The notes below the pieces were generated by a model. That model did not search any database, was not told the DNA's origin, and was given only the letters and a program-made list of their open reading frames with translations. From positions 1 to 64,000 of IMG/VR virus record IMGVR_UViG_3300046385_000126: a stretch of 64,000 bases of DNA. One strand, 5' to 3'. This stretch comes from a virus. Taxonomy: Duplodnaviria > Heunggongvirae > Uroviricota > Caudoviricetes. How positions within the stretch are numbered: position 1 is the first letter of the stretch; every line of letters begins with the position of its first letter. The position numbers and the translations under genes were made by a program. This document shows, in pieces, positions 40,373-47,265 of the stretch.

Positions 40373-41791
40373 TTAGGTCAACGCATAGCGATCGACCATA
40401 ACTGCCTTAAGCATGATGCCTTGTGGAGTGAATTGTTCCGTGTTGGAAGACAAGACAGCTTTCACAACTGCTGGGCTAAACCCAGACACAAGCGCCACAC
40501 CGGACTCGTTTGCCTTTACAGGTACGTTGTCCTTAGCGTTCAGGTTCCAGAACACAATGGCAGGAACCTTGTAGCCAGCTTCTGCAAACTTACGCTTGAT
40601 CATCTGCATTGCAGAGTCATCGTACGTTGCGCACTGGTTGAATTGCATGTCTGACAGGATCAGCAACATTTCTGGCATCTCTGCTTGAGGAACGTTTGCA
40701 TCTACAGCAGTCTTCAAGATCTTTGCCATAGCCTTGTTCAGGTTAGTGGACATATTCCAAGAAGACTTAGACATTTGCTGGACCTTCTGAACAATGTTGC
40801 CCTTCAAGTGCAACAGCTCTGGATTGTCAGAGAAAGTCAGGAACGTGTCCTTGAACTTACCCTTGTTCTTATCTGCCAGGTACAAACCAAGCGAGATAGC
40901 AACATCCATACAGGTCACAGAACCAGAACCACCAGCTGGGCAGCTCATAGAGCCGGAAACATCAACCAAAGGCAGAATGTTTGCATCCCCAACGTAGTTA
41001 GGCAGAGCTTCCCATTGCTTTGCAATGTGATCCAACTCGGTCTTACCGTAGTTGTTAGACATATATCCGTTGCACATGCCTTTCAGCACGTCGTATGGAT
41101 ACACAGCCCCTGCGTTAACCTTGACGCCTGCTTCGCCCTTAACGAGCTTAGCAACGTATTCAGCAAACTTCGTACCGTGACGAGTAAACGCCTTCTTGTA
41201 ACGAGCAGATGCTACGGATGGCACATGGTTGTAGTTAATATCATCCCACTTACCAGCACACATTTGCTGTTCGACCACATTCGTCAGATTAACCAACGAC
41301 TTACGGTAGAACTTTGGCGACATGCCGAAGAAGGTACGAATCTCTGCGGCCAGAGGGCCTTGACGAGGTGTCCACTTTGCAGCCAAGCCATTCTTCTCAC
41401 GAAGAGCATCACCTAACATGGTGAAAGCCTTAGCCTTCAGATCCTTATCTTCAAAAACAAAGATGTCATCCCAGCGACCGATTTCTGGCGTCTTGGCCAG
41501 CAATGCTGCTGCAGCATCCTTATCGTGCTTTTCCAGATACTTTAGAATCTGACGGTACAACGCACGTTCACCAGATCCACCACGTGCGTCACGTGCCCAT
41601 TGAGCAATACGCAATGCAACGTCTTTGTCTTCGACGTATGCGGCTACAAAGTCCTTGGTAATATCCTTACCACGGCTTGCACCGATCTTGAAAAACAAGT
41701 CTACACATGCATCTGCAGTGGACTTGCGAGCCTTCATACCGTTAGTGGTACGAGCTTCTTGGTTCTTAACAGCTTCTACGAATGTTGACAT
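40373..41791 (-). CDS. TROVE-like + von Willebrand A protein (Ro60/Rsr-related, DUF2828-like)
   Basis: The N-terminus TTNGMKARKST...LFFKIGASRG resembles the start of a TROVE domain. A MIDAS motif VDVSGSMS lies near the C-terminal third. Confidence 0.55.
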   Translation of the reverse strand: MSTFVEAVKNQEARTTNGMKARKSTADACVDLFFKIGASRGKDITKDFVAAYVEDKDVALRIAQWARDARGGSGERALYRQILKYLEKHDKDAAAALLAKTPEIGRWDDIFVFEDKDLKAKAFTMLGDALREKNGLAAKWTPRQGPLAAEIRTFFGMSPKFYRKSLVNLTNVVEQQMCAGKWDDINYNHVPSVASARYKKAFTRHGTKFAEYVAKLVKGEAGVKVNAGAVYPYDVLKGMCNGYMSNNYGKTELDHIAKQWEALPNYVGDANILPLVDVSGSMSCPAGGSGSVTCMDVAISLGLYLADKNKGKFKDTFLTFSDNPELLHLKGNIVQKVQQMSKSSWNMSTNLNKAMAKILKTAVDANVPQAEMPEMLLILSDMQFNQCATYDDSAMQMIKRKFAEAGYKVPAIVFWNLNAKDNVPVKANESGVALVSGFSPAVVKAVLSSNTEQFTPQGIMLKAVMVDRYALT

Positions 41792-41821
41792 AATGAACTC
41801 CTTTTCAAATCAACAGGTTAA

Positions 41822-41995
41822 ACTTTTTGCTAAGCGGGTGTGCTACCATTACACTACTAGTCGGAATCGAACCGATCCACCTGCGTGGGTTTGCATTAAA
41901 GAGATTGCGGAACTTAACCTAAATTCAGCAGATTGGTTATCATTGAGGCTATCACGGCACTCAGCCAGATTCGGGCTATCTTTATGGTGATTTTT
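41822..41995 (-). ncRNA. candidate tRNA-like / Y-RNA-like noncoding RNA upstream of the TROVE/vWA gene
   Basis: On the minus strand, a T-arm-like GGTGGATCGGTTCGATTCCGACTAG is followed by a D-arm-like GTAGTGTAATGGTAGCACAC. The order is noncanonical, there is no ORF, and promoter-like and terminator-like hairpins are absent. Confidence 0.25.
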
Positions 41996-42223
41996 GTACT
42001 TGCTGTACCCAATCTAAAATCAACAGAGTAGTTTCCTTCTTTTTGTTTTACATGAGAACACGAAACTCATGTCTACCATACGTGTTAACGTATACAACCT
42101 TCAAAGCCCATACAGGCTCCAGTTGCATACCACCTTGGTAAGCCGTTACTGGAATTGCTCCCAGTTAGTTTTGTTTGCTGAACCTACTCTAAAAACTCTC
42201 GATGACTCAATTATCTGTGCTTT

Positions 42224-42748
42224 TCAGATTAGAGTCAACTGTTTAAAAATATCTTCAAGCAAAATAGGTCTAAAATCTGTTTGCTCTACGCAAGCACAGA
42301 AGTACCAAGGATCAGGGTTTACACCCCACTTGTCTTTGACCACATTTGCGTGCAAGTGACCGTGCACGTTAGCCTTGAAGCGGCCTTTGCTTTCCGTGTG
42401 AATGGGAATGTGACTAAAGATGACGTTGTTCATCACATGGTAAGCTCTAATGTCCCGAAAATGTTCTGTATATTCTTCGAGACGGAAAATATCGTGGTTA
42501 CCTTTGATCAGGACCTTGTCGCCATTCAACCTGCTAAGCGTTTTAAGTGCCTTTCGGTTAATAACAACATCACCCAAGTGATAAACCTTGTCGCCAGGAC
42601 GAACAGTTTCGTTCCAACGCTTAATCATTTCTTCATCCATTTCTTCTGGCGTATCCCAGGGACGAAGCTTTGTTCCATCATCACGAAGGAACTTACACAC
42701 ACCGGCGTGGCCAAAGTGTGTGTCGCTAACTACGAATGTCGCAGCCAT
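42224..42748 (-). CDS. calcineurin-like metallophosphoesterase
   Basis: DTHFGH, GD and GNHD motifs. Confidence 0.7.
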   Translation of the reverse strand: MAATFVVSDTHFGHAGVCKFLRDDGTKLRPWDTPEEMDEEMIKRWNETVRPGDKVYHLGDVVINRKALKTLSRLNGDKVLIKGNHDIFRLEEYTEHFRDIRAYHVMNNVIFSHIPIHTESKGRFKANVHGHLHANVVKDKWGVNPDPWYFCACVEQTDFRPILLEDIFKQLTLI

Positions 42749-42755
42749 AATAATC

Positions 42756-42947
42756 TCACTTTTTAATTAGGGGATTTTCTGTATTGTCGTACAGACTGAG
42801 TTTTTCGTTTTCTCTTACCATTGCAGTAAGAGCCTCTTCACGCTTTTTCTTTTCTAGTCGTGATTCGCCAAAGATGCGTGTGTGACCTTCATCATATGCT
42901 TTGATATTTGTTGGTCGTTGGCTATCACCTTTTCCACCATCACTCAT
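42756..42947 (-). CDS. hypothetical protein
   Basis: 63 aa, basic. Confidence 0.3.
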   Translation of the reverse strand: MSDGGKGDSQRPTNIKAYDEGHTRIFGESRLEKKKREEALTAMVRENEKLSLYDNTENPLIKK

Positions 42948-43037
42948 AATAATCTCCTGGTGGTACTAGAAGGTAACGATCCTTCCTGTCAGGCTTATGA
43001 GACCCGTGCATATCCATCTATGCTATAGTACCGTTAT

Positions 43038-43111
43038 TGGATGCGGGTGACGGATTCGAACCGCCGATGCTGCGAGCTTATGAGACTGCAGTGGTGACCT
43101 CCCTACCCGCG
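43038..43111 (-). tRNA. tRNA-like with CAU anticodon motif and initiator-like acceptor (C1·A72)
   Basis: Acceptor CGCGGGT/ACCCGCA as in bacterial tRNA-fMet. T-loop TTCGAAT and CTCATAA loop present. The D and anticodon arms do not fold canonically. Confidence 0.4.
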
Positions 43112-43118
43112 TAAATTT

Positions 43119-43192
43119 TGGTGCCCCTTGACAGAATCGAACTGCCGTAACCTGATTACAAAACAGGTGTAATACCATTATACTAAAAGGGC
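43119..43192 (-). tRNA. tRNA-Thr(UGU)
   Basis: GCCCTTT/AAGGGGC acceptor, D-loop AATGGT, anticodon loop TTTGTAA, T-loop TTCGATT, CCA encoded. Confidence 0.65.
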
Positions 43193-43201
43193 AAAATTGG
43201 C

Positions 43202-43273
43202 TGGCCAACCTGGGCTCGAACCAGGGACATTTTGATTAACAGTCAAACGCTCTACCAACTGAGCTATAGGCCA
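43202..43273 (-). tRNA. tRNA-Asn(GUU)
   Basis: D-arm GCTCAGTTGGTAGAGC, anticodon arm TTTGA-CTGTTAA-TCAAA, T-arm CCTGGTTCGAGCCCAGG. Confidence 0.7.
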
Positions 43274-43311
43274 ATATCTTGTATTATATAGTCGACCCGT
43301 TAAAAGTCAAC

Positions 43312-43386
43312 TGGTGGATGGTACTGGGATCGAACCAGTGACCGCTTCCATGTCAAGGAAGTATTCTACCGCTGAAATAACCATCC
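43312..43386 (-). tRNA. tRNA-Val(GAC)
   Basis: Acceptor GGATGGT/ACCATCC perfect. Anticodon loop TTGACAT, T-loop TTCGATC, CCA encoded. Confidence 0.7.
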
Positions 43387-43390
43387 ATTT

Positions 43391-43465
43391 TGGTGCCCAC
43401 GAAAGGACTCGAACCTTCACTCCGTCGATTATGAGTCGACCGCTTCACCTTTAAGCTACCTGGGC
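43391..43465 (-). tRNA. tRNA with CAU anticodon (elongator Met or Ile2/lysidine type)
   Basis: D-arm GCTTAAAGGTGAAGC, anticodon arm GTCGA-CTCATAA-TCGAC, T-loop TTCGAGT. Confidence 0.65.
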
Positions 43466-43470
43466 ATCTC

Positions 43471-43548
43471 TGGTGCGGCCAATGGGATTCGAACCCATAC
43501 TGTACAGATTTTAAGTCTGTTGCCTCCTACCTATTGCGCTATGGCCGC
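43471..43548 (-). tRNA. tRNA-Leu(UAA), short-variable-arm type with atypical D-arm
   Basis: Acceptor GCGGCCA/TGGCCGC perfect, A73. Anticodon arm ACAGA-CTTAAAA-TCTGT. Only a 5-nt variable loop. D region is GCGCAATAGGTAGGAGGC. Confidence 0.55.
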
Positions 43549-43555
43549 AAAACCA

Positions 43556-43650
43556 TATTAAAACACACTGCTCACTATCTTTATGTACACTATTACATAG
43601 TGGGTTGCATATTGTTCGTGTGTGCCATGCAACTAGCGCCTCACAGTGTG
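43556..43650. other. long hairpin (17-bp stem, ~60-nt loop) in an inter-tRNA spacer
   Basis: ATATTAAAACACACTG pairs with CAGTGTGTTTTAATAT. Confidence 0.5.
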
Positions 43651-43658
43651 TTTTAATA

Positions 43659-43735
43659 TGGCGCGCCAAGAGGGATTCGAACCCCCGACATGCGGTGTAG
43701 AAGACCGCTGTTCTATCCAGCTGAACTATAGGCGC
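43659..43735 (-). tRNA. tRNA-Arg(UCU)
   Basis: D-arm GTTCAGCTGGATAGAAC, anticodon arm GCGGT-CTTCTAC-ACCGC, T-loop TTCGAAT. Confidence 0.7.
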
Positions 43736-43738
43736 AAA

Positions 43739-43813
43739 TTGGTGCTCTCGTCAAGAATCGAACTTGAGTTACATCCGTACCAAGGATGTGTAATGCCATT
43801 ATACTACAAGAGC
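43739..43813 (-). tRNA. tRNA-Thr(GGU)
   Basis: Acceptor GCTCTTG/CGAGAGC, anticodon arm CATCC-TTGGTAC-GGATG, T-loop TTCGATT. Confidence 0.7.
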
Positions 43814-43821
43814 ATTTATAT

Positions 43822-43899
43822 TGGTACCCACAGCGAGATTCGAACTCGCACTGTACAGATTTTGAATCTGTTGCCTCCTACCTATTGCGCTATGTGGGC
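43822..43899 (-). tRNA. tRNA-Leu(CAA), short-variable-arm type with atypical D-arm
   Basis: Same body as 43471-43548 (TAGCGCAATAGGTAGGAGGCA). Anticodon arm ACAGA-TTCAAAA-TCTGT. A73. Confidence 0.55.
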
Positions 43900-43925
43900 A
43901 TTATTAAACAGGATACGTTTTTTAC

Positions 43926-44075
43926 TCTGCTCTACCAACTGAGCTACCCCTCCACTAAACTTATTCATCGAACTCCTCAGACGGTTACTCTAAGTCATAA
44001 CGCTCTTCAAATCGTAGACCAATACGACAGGAATAAGTTTAGTGGAGGGGGATGGAATTGAACCACCGACACGAG
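43926..44075 (-). ncRNA. circularly permuted tRNA-like unit (T-arm + 3' acceptor, 64-nt insert, 5' acceptor + D-arm)
   Basis: On the minus strand GGTGGTTCAATTCCATC then CCCCTCCA, a perfect 20-bp inverted repeat (43947-43966 / 44031-44050), then GGAGGGGTAGCTCAGTTGGTAGAGC. No anticodon arm in canonical position. Confidence 0.3.
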
Positions 44076-44117
44076 GCTTTCAATGCATTTTATGTTGCTG
44101 AATGTATCCTAAAACTT

Positions 44118-44207
44118 TGGCGGTGCGACTGAGACTCGAACTCAGAACCCAGCTTTCGCTAAGCGACAGATTAGCAATCTGCTCTAATACCATTATAGGA
44201 CCGCACC
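44118..44207 (-). tRNA. tRNA-Ser(GCU), type II
   Basis: Acceptor GGTGCGG/TCGCACC, anticodon arm GCAGA-TTGCTAA-TCTGT, long variable hairpin, T-loop TTCGAGT. Confidence 0.7.
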
Positions 44208-44214
44208 AATATTC

Positions 44215-44304
44215 TGGCGGTGTGTGGAGGAGTCGAACCCCGGCCAGCATTCGCCAACCGTCCGCTTTCCAGGCGGATGCTAGAACCATCTAGCTGCACA
44301 CACC
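44215..44304 (-). tRNA. tRNA-Ser(GGA), type II
   Basis: Anticodon arm TCCGC-CTGGAAA-GCGGA, long variable arm, T-loop TTCGACT. Confidence 0.65.
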
Positions 44305-44329
44305 AATAACAGGTTCAATTTTTTACGTG

Positions 44330-44400
44330 CTACCACTACACCAACGCGAAGACCAACTCGCGTCCGGGATTCGAACCCGGCCCCTCTTTTTTACAGAAAG
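44330..44400 (-). ncRNA. permuted tRNA-like unit (T-arm, acceptor-like hairpin, D-arm)
   Basis: Minus strand reads CCGGGTTCGAATCCCGG, ACGCGAG-TTGGTC-TTCGCGT, TGGTGTAGTGGTAGCAC. No CCA. Confidence 0.3.
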
Positions 44401-44439
44401 ATTATTTTTGATTGCTGAAATGAACCTAATGGTCTAATT

Positions 44440-44520
44440 TAACAGGATGCTGTGTTATCGCCGGGAATCGAACCCCTATTACAAACACGGTCCCCAACTG
44501 GACGGCCTGGCAAAAGTGGC
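44440..44520 (-). ncRNA. degenerate tRNA-like element (D-arm and T-arm present, no anticodon arm)
   Basis: GTCCAGTTGGGGAC D-arm-like and GGGGTTCGATTCCC T-arm-like segments sit only ~14 nt apart. Confidence 0.25.
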
Positions 44521-44540
44521 GCCATAAGTTGTTTGCTGTA

Positions 44541-44600
44541 TTCATCCTAAAAATGGCGGGACATTTAAAATTGCAGAATAAATTCTTTACAGAATTATAT
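44541..44600 (-). ncRNA. tRNA-acceptor-like minihelix with CCA
   Basis: GGGACA...TGTCCC + GCCA ends. Internal AATTCT-GTAA-AGAATT GNRA-capped hairpin. Confidence 0.2.
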
Positions 44601-44615
44601 TTTTGTCCCATAACT

Positions 44616-44707
44616 TGGCGGAAAGCAGAGGAGTCGAACCCCATCCCCGTTAGGAGAACCTGGTTTTCAAGGCCAGTCGCAGGACCAACCCCGCTGCATT
44701 ACTTTCC
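44616..44707 (-). tRNA. tRNA-Ser(UGA), type II
   Basis: Acceptor GGAAAGT/GCTTTCC, anticodon loop CTTGAAA, long variable arm, T-loop TTCGACT, CCA. Confidence 0.65.
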
Positions 44708-44715
44708 ATTATTCT

Positions 44716-44979
44716 TTAGACATCCTCATATGTTGCAAGGATGTGTTGCTCTTCAATGATGAAGAACGGAACTGCACCGAACTTTGAAGGTTGGGCTTTG
44801 CTCCAATCGATATACACATAGTCTCCGATCTTAACATCAGCTACATCTGGTCCTGTGGCAATCACTTTACCACGTGGGCTTTCTGATTCGTGCCCTTCAA
44901 CAATAATACCAGATGCAGTAGCATTTGCTGGTTTAATCCGAGCAACTGCGACTTTATTTCCAATAGGAACTAGTGCCAT
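44716..44979 (-). CDS. GroES-like co-chaperonin (gp31-type)
   Basis: LVPIGNKVAVARIKP...SGIIVEGHESESPRGKVIATG...VKIGDYVYID follows the GroES/Cpn10 pattern. Embedded in the tRNA array. Confidence 0.7.
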   Translation of the reverse strand: MALVPIGNKVAVARIKPANATASGIIVEGHESESPRGKVIATGPDVADVKIGDYVYIDWSKAQPSKFGAVPFFIIEEQHILATYEDV

Positions 44980-44995
44980 AACAAACCTTTAAAAT

Positions 44996-45069
44996 TGGCA
45001 TCCCGGGAGGGACTCGAACCCCCACAAACAGTTTTGGAGACTGCTGTGCTGCCATTACACTACCGAGAT
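44996..45069 (-). tRNA. tRNA-Trp(CCA)
   Basis: D-arm GTGTAATGGCAGCAC, anticodon arm GCAGT-CTCCAAA-ACTGT, T-arm GGGGGTTCGAGTCCCTC, G73. Confidence 0.7.
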
Positions 45070-45076
45070 ATAAAAA

Positions 45077-45152
45077 TGGTGCCAAGGGACGGGATCGAAC
45101 CGCCGACACACGGATTTTCAATCCGCTGCTCTACCATCTGAGCTACCGAGGC
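45077..45152 (-). tRNA. tRNA-Phe(GAA)
   Basis: D-arm GCTCAGATGGTAGAGC, anticodon arm GCGGA-TTGAAAA-TCCGT, variable GTGTC. Acceptor has two mismatches. Confidence 0.65.
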
Positions 45153-45155
45153 ATT

Positions 45156-45230
45156 TGGTACATCGTGACGGGATCGAACCGCCGACCTACTCCGTGTAAA
45201 GGAGGCACTCTACCGCTGAGTTAACGATGC
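45156..45230 (-). tRNA. tRNA-Val(UAC)
   Basis: Anticodon arm CCTCC-TTTACAC-GGAGT. T-arm GGCGGTTCGATCCCGTC. Confidence 0.7.
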
Positions 45231-45859
45231 ATATTCTGAAAATAATCTTTGTAATTATCCGGCATTTCGTAGTCGGATTTCAACATAAGATTAGTAACAT
45301 TATCATACTGCAGATTACCGTTCCACGGTGCACCTGCAGCAATTGTTAGTTTGAAGTCATCTGTGGTATTATTCATACCGTGAAGCCAACTACCATCCAT
45401 TATGAATGGTCCATCAACTTCTGGGACATTGACATCGCCCTTTGTTGTTTTAAAGTACAGCGTGCTTGTTTTACCATGCACAACTATACGGAATTTGTGT
45501 TGCATTGTCCCCATCTTATGAGGATCACAATCGATATGTTCTTCGTTTGCAAAGTTTGGTTTGGTTATCAAGGCCATTACACGTGTTTTCGTTCCCATCC
45601 AAGGAAACACAACACTATCAAACCAGACTTTAATACATTCTGGAGTGTATGGCAACCATAAGAAATCACCAGATCTGCTATTCGATGATCCTGTGGCTCC
45701 AGGTTTTGCTTCTTTTGTCATCAACGGTAGCATAGATGTAGCTCTGTATGTATCCCACCACCAATATGATTCATCAACACAAAGAAGCTGTTCAGTAGCC
45801 AGTTCTTTATTGAGTGCTGGTAAATTAACACTAGCAAACAACATATCATCTATTGTCAT
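45221..45859 (-). CDS. hypothetical protein encoded inside the tRNA array
   Basis: 212-aa ORF from MTIDDMLF. Trp-rich. Confidence 0.45.
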   Translation of the reverse strand: MTIDDMLFASVNLPALNKELATEQLLCVDESYWWWDTYRATSMLPLMTKEAKPGATGSSNSRSGDFLWLPYTPECIKVWFDSVVFPWMGTKTRVMALITKPNFANEEHIDCDPHKMGTMQHKFRIVVHGKTSTLYFKTTKGDVNVPEVDGPFIMDGSWLHGMNNTTDDFKLTIAAGAPWNGNLQYDNVTNLMLKSDYEMPDNYKDYFQNMHR

Positions 45860-45872
45860 AATAACTCCGTTA

Positions 45873-45946
45873 TGGGGTGAAAGGGGGAATCGAACCCTCG
45901 TCAACTGTTTCACAGACAGCTATGTTACCACTACACTACTAACACC
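45873..45946 (-). tRNA. tRNA-His(GUG) with encoded G-1
   Basis: Anticodon arm GCTGT-CTGTGAA-ACAGT. An extra 5' G pairs with C73, as expected for tRNA-His. Confidence 0.65.
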
Positions 45947-46072
45947 ATATAGAAACACTCTGCCAGTGCTTGAACCTGAGGTAGCCCTACTCTTCCTGGC
46001 AACGTTCACAGCGTAGTCGACTTTGCTGTTACTTGATGAACTCCAGTGTAGCTACTCAAAGTGTTTTTATAT

Positions 46073-46147
46073 GGTAGGGGCACAGAGAATCGAACTCTGA
46101 TTACATGGTTAAAAGCCACGTACTTTAGCCGTTAAGTTATACCCCCT
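46073..46147 (-). tRNA. tRNA-Lys(UUU)
   Basis: Anticodon arm CGTGG-CTTTTAA-CCATG. T-arm CAGAGTTCGATTCTCTG. Confidence 0.7.
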
Positions 46148-46421
46148 CAAGTGCATACCCAGAACCTTCGCGGTTCAGGCTGCGGCGCATTTGTTTATTA
46201 GTCTTGCGGTGACTACCAGCTTTTCTGAATAATGCCAAAGCAACGAACTGGTTACGTTCCTTGGCGATCTGTTTTCGCTTCATCTCGTATTTCCTTATCT
46301 GCTTCTTTTAAGCGTTGTTCCCACTTGCAGTTGATCATCATACAACAATAGCATGACAACAACTTCGTTTTTTTGCCGTTACATTTGACGTTACCGGCTC
46401 TTGCTCCATATACAGGTGACC

Positions 46422-46646
46422 TCATACACGAACCCTTTTTGGTGCGCCAATGCGGCTTGCTTTATTCCAATCGTAGGCAACTCCGTCTGGACACTTGCCA
46501 TCTTTAACACTATCGACACCAAACTTACCTACTACTTCAAAGTCTGGGCCTTGAATGGTGACAAATACATCTAGTTCTTTAGCATATGACATTGCTGTGT
46601 CCAAGCTAGGAAACTCAATCTTTGTTTCATGCAATATCACATTGTA
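46422..46646 (-). CDS. hypothetical protein
   Basis: ~74-aa ORF from MYNVILHETKIEF. The longer ORF-track version overlaps tRNAs and was trimmed. Confidence 0.35.
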   Translation of the reverse strand, partial: YNVILHETKIEFPSLDTAMSYAKELDVFVTIQGPDFEVVGKFGVDSVKDGKCPDGVAYDWNKASRIGAPKRVRV

Positions 46647-46666
46647 CATATTATATCTTTTATTTT

Positions 46667-46741
46667 TGGCAGAGGGAATGGGGATCGAACCCATCTTCCT
46701 GCAGTCAAAGTGCAGTGTCATCACCAGATGACAATCCCCCA
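46667..46741 (-). tRNA. tRNA-Gln-like (UUG), U1·U72 mismatch
   Basis: D-arm GTCATCTGGTGATGAC, anticodon arm CTGCA-CTTTGAC-TGCAG, G73. Confidence 0.55.
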
Positions 46742-46747
46742 ACAATT

Positions 46748-46823
46748 TGGCACCCCGTAATGGACTCGAACCACTGAATGTCGGAATCAAAATCCGATGC
46801 CTTACCAACTTGGCGAACGAGGT
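46748..46823 (-). tRNA. tRNA-Gln(UUG)
   Basis: D-arm GCCAAGTTGGTAAGGC and anticodon loop TTTTGAT closely match the bacterial tRNA-Gln pattern. Confidence 0.7.
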
Positions 46824-46834
46824 ATAAACAACAG

Positions 46835-46940
46835 GATGCGTTTTTCGAAGGCTATGCGCCTTTGCTCGACCACTGAGCGATCTACGCTTGAAGCGTGGAG
46901 TTGGATTCGAACCAACGTGTCGTTAGACATTGCTGTATGC
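46835..46940 (-). ncRNA. circularly permuted tRNA-like unit (T-arm, 3' acceptor, loop, 5' acceptor, D-arm, CAU-containing hairpin)
   Basis: Minus strand reads GTTGGTTCGAATCCAAC TCCACGC TTCAA GCGTAGA TC GCTCAGTGGTCGAGC A AAGG-CGCATAG-CCTT. The acceptor strands are contiguous and closed by a 5-nt loop. Confidence 0.3.
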
Positions 46941-46950
46941 ATCCTAAAAC

Positions 46951-47025
46951 TGGTGGGTCGTCGCAGATTCAAACTGCGTTCTCGCGGGTTAAGAGCCCGG
47001 ACTTCATCATCAAAGTTTACAACCC
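46951..47025 (-). tRNA. tRNA-Lys(CUU), tentative
   Basis: Acceptor GGGTTGT/ACGACCC, anticodon loop CTCTTAA with a 4-bp stem, T-loop TTTGAAT, CCA. Confidence 0.5.
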
Positions 47026-47029
47026 ATAT

Positions 47030-47105
47030 TGGTGGAGGACCAGGGTATCGAACCCTTGTAGTCATGATCCTTGCAAAAGAACACCGCCGCCCTCGGCTCC
47101 CCCCA
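47030..47105 (-). tRNA. tRNA-like, anticodon uncertain (possibly UGC)
   Basis: T-arm and CCA are clear. The 5' half, with its G-rich start, does not fold cleanly. Confidence 0.35.
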
Positions 47106-47185
47106 TAAAATAACAGAGTAGTTATGTCGAACATGACAAATTAAAAGTTTGGTGTTCTAATATATTGCTGAACCTACTCTAAAAC

Positions 47186-47260
47186 TGGTACTCGATAGCG
47201 GAGTTGAACCGCTCTTCTCAGGTTGAAAACCTGATGTCCTAACCGATAGACGAATCGAGC
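47186..47260 (-). tRNA. tRNA-Glu(UUC)
   Basis: Anticodon arm TCAGG-TTTTCAA-CCTGA. T-arm AGCGGTTCAACTCCGCT. Confidence 0.7.
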
Positions 47261-47265
47261 ATAAC

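Noticed and set aside
40304-41416. Plus-strand ORFs (116 aa and 243 aa) antisense to the TROVE/vWA gene
   Set aside because: Fully embedded antisense to a well-supported 472-aa gene. Low-complexity translations.
43646-44061. ORFs of 98 and 91 aa running across tRNA genes
   Set aside because: They span multiple tRNA cloverleaves. Artefacts of GC-rich tRNA sequence.
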